From the IMG/VR virus record IMGVR_UViG_3300030376_007244: a stretch of 59,140 nucleotides of DNA. One strand, given 5' to 3'. The stretch is from an uncultured virus (IMG/VR IMGVR_UViG_3300030376_007244). Taxonomy: Duplodnaviria; Heunggongvirae; Uroviricota; Caudoviricetes. The notes below the pieces were generated by a model. That model saw only the letters and a list, made by a program, of their open reading frames with translations. It did no database searches and was not told where the DNA came from. This document shows, piece by piece, positions 35,349-45,556 of this stretch. Position 1 is the stretch's first letter, and every line of letters starts with the position of its first letter. The translations under genes were made by a program, and so were the position numbers.

Positions 35349-35620
35349 ATAATGAAAAAAGTCCATAAACCTAAGATGTCTGACTTTCCGATACCTACGA
35401 CAAAGATACATAAAACAAAGAAAAATAAGTCTAGACAAGAACAGAAACTAGAACTAAAGAAACAGATTAATAGTCTTGTTTAAACACATTAAAGAAAGTA
35501 ATACTACGTATTATAAACATTGGTGGAGAGCTATATCATGTGCAATTGCCTTAATAATACATGCGTTCTATCCAGATGTGTTAAAAGATTATGCGTCAAA
35601 AAAGTTACAAAAAAAGTAAA

Positions 35621-35660
35621 AAAAGCATGTACATATATGCCGGTTTACGTGTAGATTCTA
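35621..35660 (+). promoter_or_regulatory. Putative early promoter, copy 8
   Basis: TGTACA-N18-TAGATT; shares TATGCCGGTTTACGTGTAGATTCTA with copy 4. Confidence 0.75.
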
Positions 35661-35682
35661 TTAATTAACAAAGGAATACGTC

Positions 35683-36198
35683 ATGCAAAACCTAAGTAAG
35701 TATCTAATAGTATTAGCACTAATAACAACTATAAATGGATATGTTGCAACTAAGTTTATGAAAGCAAACAAAGAAACATATCATCAACATTATGAGTTTC
35801 TTGCTAATCAAAATCAAGAGTTGTCAAAAAGGTTATCAGAGTTTTATCAACATGGTATTAAAGTTGATGTAACAATGTATCAGCCAAACACAATACAGTG
35901 TGACGATACACCAGATGTAACGGCTGATGGAACTAAAATCAGAGTGCATCATGCATCTAGGTATAAGTTTGTTGCACTATCACGTAATTTACTTGCAAGG
36001 TGGGGTGGACCTTTTGATTATGGTGATTTTATTTTATTAAAGGGTACAGATGGAAAAGATGGTGTTTATCAAGTTAGAGATACTATGAATTCCAAATGGG
36101 TAAACGTAGTAGATATATTGGAATCTGAAACCGTCAAACCTTACAAGTTTACAAACGTAGATATTTTTAAATTAAATTGGACTAAGGAGAACGCATGA
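35683..36198 (+). CDS. Membrane-anchored 3D-domain (MltA-like) protein
   Basis: 'VTMY...DDTPDVTADG...VALSRNLL...YQVRDTM...VDIL'. Confidence 0.75.
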   Translation: MQNLSKYLIVLALITTINGYVATKFMKANKETYHQHYEFLANQNQELSKRLSEFYQHGIKVDVTMYQPNTIQCDDTPDVTADGTKIRVHHASRYKFVALSRNLLARWGGPFDYGDFILLKGTDGKDGVYQVRDTMNSKWVNVVDILESETVKPYKFTNVDIFKLNWTKENA

Positions 36199-36941
36199 GA
36201 ATAAATGCTGAGCAAATACAAGAGAATTGGGAAGGGCTCAATAAAATAATAGAGGACACCTTTGAAGGTGACAGGTTAAAGAATATAAAATTGTTACATG
36301 AGCACTTTCAAGATAGAATGACATTGGCTCCAGCCTCAGGAACAAAATGGTTTCATAATGCTTTTCCAGGTGGATACGTAGCACACGTACTAAACGTAAT
36401 AAAATGGTCTTTAGAATACTACGAAATGTTTAAGAAAATGGATATGCACGTTAGTGACATAGATGAAGAAAGTGTAATCTTTTGTGCAATGTTCCATGAT
36501 CTTGGTAAAATAGGAGACATGGAAAATGATTACTATATTACTAATCCCGATGAGTGGAAAGCCAAAAAGTGGGGAAGATTATATGATCATAATCCTAACC
36601 TACATTGGATGACAGTTACAGATAGAACATTTTGGTTACTGAATCAATTTAGTATACCGATGTCGCAACAAGAGTTTTTAGGTTTAAGAATGGCAGATGG
36701 ATTATACGAAGATGCAAATAAGCCATATTTTTTCGAAGGTTCAGAATGGAAAGCAATAAAAACAAATATTGGATTTATAATACATTATGGGGATGCATGT
36801 GCAACTAGATGGGAAAAGGAACAATATATGTTGTCAGGTGAAAGTAGCGTAGACTTCCCAAAGATAATGAAGGGTACTACAACAAAATCGGAACCAATGG
36901 CCGATATAGACGTTGATAAGTTAGGAGATTTATTTAAATGA
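36195..36941 (+). CDS. HD-domain hydrolase (YhaM-like)
   Basis: 'APAS...HNAFPGGYVAHVLNV...AMFHDLGKIG...IIHYGD'. Confidence 0.85.
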   Translation: MRINAEQIQENWEGLNKIIEDTFEGDRLKNIKLLHEHFQDRMTLAPASGTKWFHNAFPGGYVAHVLNVIKWSLEYYEMFKKMDMHVSDIDEESVIFCAMFHDLGKIGDMENDYYITNPDEWKAKKWGRLYDHNPNLHWMTVTDRTFWLLNQFSIPMSQQEFLGLRMADGLYEDANKPYFFEGSEWKAIKTNIGFIIHYGDACATRWEKEQYMLSGESSVDFPKIMKGTTTKSEPMADIDVDKLGDLFK

Positions 36942-37198
36942 TAATTGAAACAATAATGGGAATAACCATATTGATTCTGTGTTATGTTATTTGGAATCTA
37001 TATAATAAGGTAGATTTTTTAGAACAGGCTTTAGATGGAACATATGTTTCTATCGGTGCAGCATTACAAAACATGCGAGACATTGATAGCCTTGGTTCGT
37101 TCGAAGCTGATGATGAAGCTGGAACAACATTTACAGAATTATTAAATCAAGTAGAAATATTAGAAAACTTAATAGGAGAAAGAAACGATGCCGCGTAA
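36938..37198 (+). CDS. Single-TM hypothetical protein
   Basis: N-terminal TM; 'GSFEADDEAG'. Confidence 0.65.
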   Translation: MIIETIMGITILILCYVIWNLYNKVDFLEQALDGTYVSIGAALQNMRDIDSLGSFEADDEAGTTFTELLNQVEILENLIGERNDAA

Positions 37199-37928
37199 AG
37201 CAAAAAAGAAAACAGTAAACAGAATGTATTTTCACGAAGGAACAGAACAAGCAATTATAGAGTATAATGCAGCTTTAACTCACAGAGAACGAAATGATAT
37301 TTACAATGAACATCTTAGAGCTCCGTTCGAAAAACTTGTGGAAAGTATAATACACACATTTAAGTTTTATTATTTTGATATTCCACTTGATGATGTTAAA
37401 CATGAAGTAATATCATTTATGATTACCAGGTTGGATAAGTACAAGCCAGGTAAAGGAAAGGCTTTTAGTTTCTTTAGTGTAGTTGTAAAGAATTGGTTGA
37501 TATGTCACAACAATAATAACTATAAGAAAATGAAAATGACTGCAGACGTTATTGATTTGAAACATAAAGATGCTAAGCAAGTTACGTATGATGAAAAATT
37601 CGAAACTATGAATGACGGCCAACAGTTTTTTAAGTCTATTGTAGAATACTGGGAAGAGAATATTGATGTTGTATTTAAAAAACAAAGAGATATTAGAATT
37701 GCATACTCTATAGTAGAGTTAATGACAAGAGTTGATGCTATAGAAATATTCAATAAAAAAGCCTTGTACATATTACTAAGGGAATTATCTGGTGCCAAGA
37801 CTCAGCATATAACAAAAGTTCTAAATACAATGAAATCTCACTATAAAAACTTAGAACGACAGTGGGATGTTGAAGGCCACATAGAACAGCCAAGAACAAA
37901 TAGATTGTCTAAGCCTCTGTACCTTTAA
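37188..37928 (+). CDS. Phage sigma factor, region-2 type (T4 gp55-like late sigma)
   Basis: 'FEKLVESII..FKFYY...DDVKHEVISFM..RLDKYKPGKGKAFSFFSVVVKNWL' resembles sigma region 2; precedes the structural module. Confidence 0.7.
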   Translation: MPRKAKKKTVNRMYFHEGTEQAIIEYNAALTHRERNDIYNEHLRAPFEKLVESIIHTFKFYYFDIPLDDVKHEVISFMITRLDKYKPGKGKAFSFFSVVVKNWLICHNNNNYKKMKMTADVIDLKHKDAKQVTYDEKFETMNDGQQFFKSIVEYWEENIDVVFKKQRDIRIAYSIVELMTRVDAIEIFNKKALYILLRELSGAKTQHITKVLNTMKSHYKNLERQWDVEGHIEQPRTNRLSKPLYL

Positions 37929-37975
37929 TCAATTTTTCATTTACGCCATATTTATGATCAAAGGACGTTCTAATT

Positions 37976-38362
37976 ATGTCTGCTGATTATGAAATATATG
38001 ACGGAGTTAAACTATCTGACATGTTTAAGAAGATAGATGGAAACTCTAAGCGTAACAAAATACAAATAGAATCACTGATTCAAGAAATGATGGTCTTCAT
38101 CAAAGATCCAAACTCTGCGATGCAGTTGTTTCCAATGATAAGTGAATTTATGCAAGCTAATATTCGAAACGATGAATTGTTAGTTAAGTTGACAGCTGTC
38201 GTACAAAGGGTTATACAATCAGAAACTAAACTTGATAGTGGAGAGTTGGGACTGTCTGATACCGAAAAAGCTGAAATACTTGATAAAATTCAAAACGCTA
38301 CAGAAAATATTCAAAAAGAGGTAGATGACATTTCTCTAGGAATACAATCAGAAGGACCGTAA
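37976..38362 (+). CDS. Helical hypothetical protein (late)
   Basis: ORF track; ATATTTAT upstream. Confidence 0.65.
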   Translation: MSADYEIYDGVKLSDMFKKIDGNSKRNKIQIESLIQEMMVFIKDPNSAMQLFPMISEFMQANIRNDELLVKLTAVVQRVIQSETKLDSGELGLSDTEKAEILDKIQNATENIQKEVDDISLGIQSEGP

Positions 38363-38363
38363 A

Positions 38364-39545
38364 ATGGCCGACGTACAGGGAGTGTACACAGAGCGGGTAT
38401 CTAATAACGCTAAAGTTAACATAAAGAACCAGATACCCACAGAAAAACGTGTACGAGACATAACTCAGGAAATAATCGATGCTACGCAAACTATATCTCT
38501 GCAAGTTGTAGCTGCAGAAGTTGTAGATGTAGTAACAGATCCGTTGTCCGCAAAGTTACCACCAAGTTATCAAGGATGTATAAGAGTTGATACTGGAGGT
38601 GTTGATTTTGCTTTGCTCCCAGAAAATAGTAAAGGATACGTAAAGCCTTTAAGTGCATTTGTCAATCAATATCCAGTTCTAGGAGAATTTGTGTCATTGA
38701 TAAATTTGGGTGGATATACATTTTATTTTAATCCTATAAACTTCTTAAACAGTCCAAATAATAATATGTTAAAGGGGCTAACCTCTAATCCAGAGGATGG
38801 AATTATTGACGATAAAAAAGCCGCAGCATCTGTTGGAGAATTTGAACCAGTTATTGGTGGAGCTCCAAGACCAGTACAGGTTTATCCAGGTGATTTTGCT
38901 ATAAATGGTAGAAATGAACAATCTATAAGAATAGGAAAAACAAAAGGATCCAAAAAGGATTCTGTTATAAAATTAAGAATTTCTAGCGAAGATAGTAACA
39001 TAGGCAACTTACTTGTTCCAAATGAAGAAGATGTGAATCTAGATTTATCGTCAATTTATATGACAAGATCCGAGGAGATACCACTAAACATTGTACCCTT
39101 TGCACAAGAAATAACTAAAGATCCACTAGTTGGTAGTCAGATATTATTGGATTCTAAAACCATAACTTTTAATTCTAAAGAAGGTGGAGATATAAGGGTT
39201 TACAGTGGACGAAATATTAATATAGTTGGAAAAGGAACTGCAAATATTGTAGGATTGTCTGTTAACATTGGGGACAACTTAGACGCAAATTTACAACCCG
39301 GTGTATTGGGTGACCAATTGGTAAAGTTTTTAGTTAACGTTTTGAATCAATTAAATTCCTTTGGAGCTGCATGTGCTGCAGCAACTGGAACTGGAAATTT
39401 TGGTATACCTGTTCCAGTATTTAATGTGATGAGTGCTGGAGCTGGATTGCAAAGTGGAACGGCAGTATGGACAGAATCTGTATTAAAAGATTTTCTACTC
39501 AGTAAAAATGTAAAAATATCTAGAGCTGGAAAGGCTAACCTATAA
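38364..39545 (+). CDS. Baseplate spike/hub protein (gp5/gpV-like)
   Basis: OB-fold-like 'YPVLGEFVSLI', 'YPGDFAINGRNEQSIRIG', beta-helical stretch, 'PGVLGDQL'; position before gp25. Confidence 0.6.
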   Translation: MADVQGVYTERVSNNAKVNIKNQIPTEKRVRDITQEIIDATQTISLQVVAAEVVDVVTDPLSAKLPPSYQGCIRVDTGGVDFALLPENSKGYVKPLSAFVNQYPVLGEFVSLINLGGYTFYFNPINFLNSPNNNMLKGLTSNPEDGIIDDKKAAASVGEFEPVIGGAPRPVQVYPGDFAINGRNEQSIRIGKTKGSKKDSVIKLRISSEDSNIGNLLVPNEEDVNLDLSSIYMTRSEEIPLNIVPFAQEITKDPLVGSQILLDSKTITFNSKEGGDIRVYSGRNINIVGKGTANIVGLSVNIGDNLDANLQPGVLGDQLVKFLVNVLNQLNSFGAACAAATGTGNFGIPVPVFNVMSAGAGLQSGTAVWTESVLKDFLLSKNVKISRAGKANL

Positions 39546-40825
39546 TGTTAAACTGTGACAATATTACTTCAGCTAAAAGGTTTTTACCAGAAGGATCAGC
39601 ATTATTGTTAGGCGATCAAATATTAGAAGGTTGTGCAATAAAAACTGGTTCTAGTGGAGGAGTAGGTGTTAGTGAGGAAGAACTAGAAAAGAACAGAATA
39701 GCAAATCAAATTTTTGGTGTAGCAGAGGATTATGAAGACATATACATAATTGGAGAAAAAGTTTGTGAAGGTGAATTTATAAGCGAGCTTGGATTTACAG
39801 CTGATGAGGGTGGTGTTACAGTAATACATTCAGGTTACGGCGGTGAAGCAAGAAACTTTGCACCAGGTACAGATTTGAAGACGGGTGACCTAGTCCTGAA
39901 TGGTTTTGTCTTAGATCCTAATGGCGTGAGGTTCGATGCACCACAAAATATTGATGGAGATGGTTTCGTTGTTGGTGAATCTGGTGCTGTTGTTTCACCC
40001 GGTGCAGGGAATGATGATGACGAAGCATATTGTAGTTTGCAAGAATTAGCTGGAAAAGCGGATAGACCTGATGGGTTCTTTGATGAGTTTTCTATGGATT
40101 TGGATTTGGATATTCCAGATCTCGATATGAAATGGTGGTTTAAGATACAAAAAAAGATTAATGATTTAATGTCTGTACAGAACAAGTTTATGGTTAGAGT
40201 ACAATTATTGGTCGACAAAATAGAACTTGAACCAGATGATGCATGTAAATTAGTTCCAGATGTTAACAAACTAATAAAATTAATTCAGAGAGTAGAGAGG
40301 GTAATATCTAGAATTTCTAGATTGTTACGAGCTTTATCTTCGCTAGCGAGAAAATTAAAAAAGATAGTAAAATTATTAAAGTGGATATTCTCACCATTAA
40401 AAATAGTAGAAGCATATTTTATGGTTTTAGGTGTCATAAACGGTATACCACAATTATTGGCAACAGCAGCACAAAACATGGCCAACTCACAAAGAGTTAT
40501 GAGATCGTTGTTAGCACTTCTACAAAAAATTATAGCACAATGTATAGTGAATAGAGGTGCAGAAGCTGGATTAACAAAGGAACAGTGTGAAGCTGCTGGA
40601 GGTGTATACATTGAAAGAAGACTTGGTGATCTTGGAGATTCTGATGGTGGAGAGCTAGGACTGGGTCTAGATGATTTAGAAAATTTTGATGCATTCGGTA
40701 CAGATGAAGATGGTGAAATATCGTTTGATGAGTTTGATAGAATATTAAGTAAACAATCTGTCGACTTAGAGGAATGTTTATTGGAATTAGACGATATAGA
40801 TAAGGCACAAGGTTTTGTTATATAA
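39545..40825 (+). CDS. Hypothetical virion-module protein (Gly/acidic N-half, amphipathic helical C-half)
   Basis: ORF track; TAATG coupling. Confidence 0.65.
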   Translation: MLNCDNITSAKRFLPEGSALLLGDQILEGCAIKTGSSGGVGVSEEELEKNRIANQIFGVAEDYEDIYIIGEKVCEGEFISELGFTADEGGVTVIHSGYGGEARNFAPGTDLKTGDLVLNGFVLDPNGVRFDAPQNIDGDGFVVGESGAVVSPGAGNDDDEAYCSLQELAGKADRPDGFFDEFSMDLDLDIPDLDMKWWFKIQKKINDLMSVQNKFMVRVQLLVDKIELEPDDACKLVPDVNKLIKLIQRVERVISRISRLLRALSSLARKLKKIVKLLKWIFSPLKIVEAYFMVLGVINGIPQLLATAAQNMANSQRVMRSLLALLQKIIAQCIVNRGAEAGLTKEQCEAAGGVYIERRLGDLGDSDGGELGLGLDDLENFDAFGTDEDGEISFDEFDRILSKQSVDLEECLLELDDIDKAQGFVI

Positions 40826-40855
40826 TATTTATAAAATAAAGGTAAAGGTAATATC

Positions 40856-41275
40856 ATGAAAAAATCACAAATCGGAGCTTTGAAAAAGATAATACAAGAA
40901 GCTGTGCAAAAGGAAGTAGCAAAGCAAATGCATGCTGTTATTAAGGAGATAACTGCACCTGCTCAACCAAACGTGGTTAGTGCTTCACCGATGGCTGAAG
41001 CTAGAAATCTTGCAAAAGATCCAGTTCTTAATCAAATTTTAAATGAAACACAGGGTGGATTACCAGGTGGAGAGCAACAACAAGATGCATGGCCCACAAT
41101 GGGTGGTGGACCAATATCAACAGTTGGGCAATTTGATGGAATTCAAGCACAAACGCAACCTCAACAACCAGTTAATACAGCTGGAATGCCAGATTTTTTA
41201 CAAAAGGCTTTCAGTGGTCATGACGCAAAGGTTGTTCAAGCAATAAATAAAAAACATGGCACTAGAACTAAGTAG
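40856..41275 (+). CDS. Hypothetical late protein
   Basis: 'LKKIIQEAVQKEV...DPVLNQILNET'; ATATTTAT upstream. Confidence 0.7.
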   Translation: MKKSQIGALKKIIQEAVQKEVAKQMHAVIKEITAPAQPNVVSASPMAEARNLAKDPVLNQILNETQGGLPGGEQQQDAWPTMGGGPISTVGQFDGIQAQTQPQQPVNTAGMPDFLQKAFSGHDAKVVQAINKKHGTRTK

Positions 41276-41741
41276 ATTAATTAAAAACCTTGCTCAGCTT
41301 AAGCATAAAGAAACCAATAAAAACAAGTTTCTAAAAAGCAAAGCTAAGATAGCAGAGTTTAAACAGAATGTAGAAAAGGCTAGAGAAGAAGCTTTAGCCA
41401 TACATGACTATGTCAATAAAGGAGAAGTAAGACCAGTATTTCCACTTGGAAACAATGGTAGACAACTTAATCCTCCTGTTCCAATGGAAGCTAGATCGTT
41501 TGCATTTCTAGTTGAAGAGATGTTAGAGCTAGCCACTACTACGCCAAATTCTACTACGCGTCAAACAAAGAAAGCGGCAATAGAAAGAGATTTAGAAGTT
41601 GGGATTGTCACAAATATATCCGGTGTTCGATATTTAACTACAAGGGGAAGAGCAAAAGAACTTAATCGTCCGTTTCAAAAAATGGATGATCAACAAGCCT
41701 TAGCTCTTTCTAAAACTACTGGTAGAGGTAAACTTAAATAA
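41256..41741 (+). CDS. Hypothetical protein
   Basis: ORF track. Confidence 0.6.
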   Translation: MALELSRLIKNLAQLKHKETNKNKFLKSKAKIAEFKQNVEKAREEALAIHDYVNKGEVRPVFPLGNNGRQLNPPVPMEARSFAFLVEEMLELATTTPNSTTRQTKKAAIERDLEVGIVTNISGVRYLTTRGRAKELNRPFQKMDDQQALALSKTTGRGKLK

Positions 41742-42172
41742 TGGCACTCGAAAACAAAAGGCAAGCATCTGTACGAGAACGAGATAGGGATGAAGATTCT
41801 AAAATTGGTTTAGTATTCCCCTTGACCCGAGGTAAAGATGGATATTTTAAATCTTCGTCTACGCTTTTAGAGCAAACGAAGACAAACATGAAAAACCTTT
41901 TGTTGACAGTTAAGGGTGAAAGACCGTTTCAACCAGAATTAGGATGTGACATTTTTAACATACTATTTGAACCAGCAACCGAAGACCTATCTAGTGATAT
42001 CGATGCATCTATTAGAGAGTCTGTTGGGAAATGGCTACCACACGTAAGTTTGAAGGGTGTAATGGTTGACGTAGATAATAATACGGTAAACATAACAGTA
42101 ACATTCTCTATTGTAACAGATCCAAATGCCACGGAATCTATATCGTTGGCACTTAATAGAGTTGGAGTTTAA
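41741..42172 (+). CDS. Baseplate wedge subunit, gp25/GPW-like
   Basis: 'NMKNLLLTVKGERPFQPELGCDI..ILFEP...IRESVGKWLPHV'. Confidence 0.9.
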   Translation: MALENKRQASVRERDRDEDSKIGLVFPLTRGKDGYFKSSSTLLEQTKTNMKNLLLTVKGERPFQPELGCDIFNILFEPATEDLSSDIDASIRESVGKWLPHVSLKGVMVDVDNNTVNITVTFSIVTDPNATESISLALNRVGV

Positions 42173-42174
42173 TA

Positions 42175-44166
42175 ATGGCAAGTACGAAAGTTAAACCTAA
42201 AGAAGTACAATATCTAAATAAAGATTTTAATGCTTTCAAGTCTACACTTATAGAATATGCGAAAACATATTTCCCTCAGAGTTATGCGGATTTTAATGAA
42301 ACTTCCCCAGGAATGATGTTCATAGAAATGGCTTCATACGTTGGCGATGTTTTGGCATTCCATATAGATGAACAGTTTAGAGAATCATTATTGGTTTATG
42401 CTGAAGAAAGAAAAACAATTTACGATATTGCCCAATCTTATGGATATAAGCCAACAATTTCTACACCGTCTACAGTAACATTAGATTTCTTTCAAACAGT
42501 ACCTGCAACTGGAACTGGAAATGCTATAAAACCAGATTACAGATATGGATACGAAATATCTGCAGGTTCTAGGACAAAGTCAGATGAATTTGGTGTATCG
42601 TTTAGAACAGTCAACAATATAGATTTTAAGCATTCTAGTTCATTGGATCCAACAACAGTTAGCATATATGAAGTAGATGAAGATAATTTACCAACCAAAT
42701 ATTTGTTAAAGAAATCTGTTAGGGCAGTAAGTGGTGAACTATCACAAGAAAAATTTACGTTTACAACTGCTAAAGCTTATGATCAAGTTGTATTAGAAAA
42801 AGACAATATTTTAGAAATAATATCATGTACAGATTCTGATCAAGGTAAATGGTATGAGGTTGAATCACTAGCTCAAGATTTGGTATATGATGATGTGTCA
42901 AATACTTCTGAGTTTGATCCACAACTATCACAGTTTAACGATACTGTACCTTATATTTTAAAAATGGTTAGATCTCAAAAGAGATTCAAAACAAGATTTA
43001 GAGATGACAACAAAACAGTTGTACAGTTTGGGTCTGGAACTTCAGATAATCCAGATGAAGAAATTGTACCAAATCCTTCTACAGTTGGTAATTCATTTAC
43101 CAATACAAACTTTTTAAATACAAATTCTGCACTTGATCCTGCAAACTTTTTAGATACTGCAGTTTATGGACAAGCTCCAAGAAACACAACTTTAACATTT
43201 GAATATTCGTTTGGTGGTGGAATAAAGGATAACGTTCCTAGCAATTCAATCACCTCACCCAATGGTTTAACGTTAGTATTGAATACAAATGGTTTGACAG
43301 CAGGTCTAGTCAATGAAAGTAAAGGATCTATAGCAGTTAACAATTCAGTTGCTGCAACAGGTGGAAAGGGTTCAGAAACACTAGGCGAAATAAAGGAAAA
43401 TGCTAGACAGTATTTCCATGCTCAAATGAGATCTGTGTCAAAACAAGATTATATAACTAGAGTTTACAACATGCCTGCAAAATATGGAAACATATCTAAA
43501 ATCTATATAACACAAGATGACCAATTAAATGCAGGTGAGGGTGTACTACAAGACCAAGTAATCAATCAAGATATATTGGATGAGAACGATGGTGAAATCC
43601 AACTTTCTAAATTGCAAGTTAGAGTTCCAAATCCAAATGCACTAAACATGTATGTTCTTGGATATGATGGCGATAAACGTTTGACACCAGTAAATGACGC
43701 AACTAAAAGAAATATAAAAACATATTTGGGACCATATAGAATATTAACAGATGCGGTCAATATAAAAAATGCATTTGTAATAAACATAGGTGTTAGATTT
43801 TCAATACTAACCAAAAGAGGATACAACAAGGAAAAAGTAATTTTAAATTGTATTCAAAAATTAAAAGAATATTTCGATGTAGATAAGTGGCAAATCAATC
43901 AACCAATAATATTAACAGATGTTGCATATGAAATATCACTTATAGAGGGTGTCAACAATGTAGTTGCACCAAAAGAAAACAATCCTGATGGACATATTGT
44001 TGTTATAGAGAACAAATTTAAAACAAATGATGGATATTCAGGAAACATATATGATGTTAATGATGCCACAACTAACGGAACTATTTATCCTTCTTTGGAT
44101 CCTTCTATTTTTGAAGTAAAGTTTCCAGATACCGATATTACTGGTAGAGTATTAGGAGATTATTAA
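42175..44166 (+). CDS. Baseplate wedge subunit, gp6/baseplate-J-like
   Basis: 'KDFNAFK..LIEYAK.YFP..Y.DF...SPGMMFIEMASYVGDVLAF..D', 'FGSG', 'GGKGSETL.EIK...RSVSKQDY'. Confidence 0.88.
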   Translation: MASTKVKPKEVQYLNKDFNAFKSTLIEYAKTYFPQSYADFNETSPGMMFIEMASYVGDVLAFHIDEQFRESLLVYAEERKTIYDIAQSYGYKPTISTPSTVTLDFFQTVPATGTGNAIKPDYRYGYEISAGSRTKSDEFGVSFRTVNNIDFKHSSSLDPTTVSIYEVDEDNLPTKYLLKKSVRAVSGELSQEKFTFTTAKAYDQVVLEKDNILEIISCTDSDQGKWYEVESLAQDLVYDDVSNTSEFDPQLSQFNDTVPYILKMVRSQKRFKTRFRDDNKTVVQFGSGTSDNPDEEIVPNPSTVGNSFTNTNFLNTNSALDPANFLDTAVYGQAPRNTTLTFEYSFGGGIKDNVPSNSITSPNGLTLVLNTNGLTAGLVNESKGSIAVNNSVAATGGKGSETLGEIKENARQYFHAQMRSVSKQDYITRVYNMPAKYGNISKIYITQDDQLNAGEGVLQDQVINQDILDENDGEIQLSKLQVRVPNPNALNMYVLGYDGDKRLTPVNDATKRNIKTYLGPYRILTDAVNIKNAFVINIGVRFSILTKRGYNKEKVILNCIQKLKEYFDVDKWQINQPIILTDVAYEISLIEGVNNVVAPKENNPDGHIVVIENKFKTNDGYSGNIYDVNDATTNGTIYPSLDPSIFEVKFPDTDITGRVLGDY

Positions 44167-45269
44167 TGGCACATTATTTTGTATTTTCAGAAAAAGATTC
44201 TAGTTTAGAAAGAGGAGCTACAGCCAATAGTACTGCTAGTTTAAAAAATGCAGGATTAGATGAGATTCTAGAAGTTGGAAAAGAGTTTCAGGTTGACAGT
44301 ACAAATTTTAGTCGCATAGCAAGATCTGTAATTTATTTCCCAGTTACAGCTATATCAGAATCTATAGCCTCAGGTGAAATATCTAGAAATGCTAAATTTT
44401 ATTTAAACCTCTACGAGGCAAACTCTATTGGATTGGATAGGGATATAACATTATTTGCTAACGCAGTTTCTCAAAGCTGGGATGAAGGAGATGGAAAGTC
44501 TACAGATAATCCACAAACAGAAACTGGTGTTAGATGGAGATACAGAACAACTGGAACTGGTTCACAGTGGTCAGCCGATCAAAACAGTTGGGGAGCCACA
44601 TATTTTACTGGATCAAATAATGTTGCATCTCAATCTTTCAACAAAAATTTACCAGTAGATATGAGAATGGACGTTAGTCCAATTGTTAGATCATGGATGA
44701 GTGGAAGTATAGCTAACGAAGGGTTCGTAGTTCGTAGAAACGCTTTAGAGGAAACCAGTCCTAGTGCATCTGGGATATTTAAGTTTTTTTCATCTGATAC
44801 ACATACAGTATTTGCTCCAAAGTTGGAAGTCGAATGGGACGATTCTACATGGCAAACTGGTTCACTATCCCCGTTAACTTCTGACAATCTCAATCAGCTA
44901 AAATTGTATGTTGAAAATATGAATCACGATTATAAAAAAGGCTCAATTGCAAAAATTATAGTTAAAGGAAGAGAAAAGTATCCAGCTAAAAACTTTTCTA
45001 CTACTTCTTCATATTTAGATGTGAAGTATCTACCAAGTGGATCATCATTTTATTCAATCGTAGATACAAAAACAGATACAGTTATTATTCCCTTTGGATC
45101 GGGATCTAAGATGAGTTGTGATTCCAGTGGAAACTTTATTAAGTTAAGAACTGGTGAATTAGAAGCTGAACGATATTATAAAGTCAAATTTAAAATCGTT
45201 AGTGGATCAGGAATAAATGCATATACAAATTTTTATGATGAAGATTTAATATTTAAGGTGTCAAGATAA
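44166..45269 (+). CDS. Structural protein (DNRLRE/Ig-like domains)
   Basis: 'NAGLDEILEV...RSVIYF...SQSWDEGDG...FFSSDTHTVFAPKLEVEWDDS'. Confidence 0.65.
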   Translation: MAHYFVFSEKDSSLERGATANSTASLKNAGLDEILEVGKEFQVDSTNFSRIARSVIYFPVTAISESIASGEISRNAKFYLNLYEANSIGLDRDITLFANAVSQSWDEGDGKSTDNPQTETGVRWRYRTTGTGSQWSADQNSWGATYFTGSNNVASQSFNKNLPVDMRMDVSPIVRSWMSGSIANEGFVVRRNALEETSPSASGIFKFFSSDTHTVFAPKLEVEWDDSTWQTGSLSPLTSDNLNQLKLYVENMNHDYKKGSIAKIIVKGREKYPAKNFSTTSSYLDVKYLPSGSSFYSIVDTKTDTVIIPFGSGSKMSCDSSGNFIKLRTGELEAERYYKVKFKIVSGSGINAYTNFYDEDLIFKVSR

Positions 45270-45556
45270 TGCCATACACAGAACAAGAATTACAGTCAAA
45301 CGAATTTTACACCTCGTTAAAGGATAGGGATAAGCAAAAATATTTACTATCAGTAGATGAATCTGTCAACAATAGTACGTCACACGATGGAACCCTAAGA
45401 AACAATAATGATGTAATAATTTCGTATGAAGATCCAGATAATGTAGGGTCAACTCTTACAGATAGAGATGCGATACATGTTGAAATATATCAGAGAAGAT
45501 ATAGAACAAATCAGGATACTAAGGACATACTAGACAGAGCATTTACGGAGTTTTAA
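45269..45556 (+). CDS. Small structural-module protein
   Basis: ORF track; TAATG coupling. Confidence 0.65.
   Translation: MPYTEQELQSNEFYTSLKDRDKQKYLLSVDESVNNSTSHDGTLRNNNDVIISYEDPDNVGSTLTDRDAIHVEIYQRRYRTNQDTKDILDRAFTEF

Noticed and set aside
2772..35660. Dispersed ~40-bp repeats as a CRISPR array or transposon ends
   Set aside because: Copies are 0.7-8.6 kb apart, have a variable middle and always precede genes; no cas or transposase genes.
39835..40857. Long minus-strand ORFs (39835-40269, 40285-40857) and similar antisense ORFs elsewhere
   Set aside because: Shadows of well-supported + strand genes, with no RBS or motifs.
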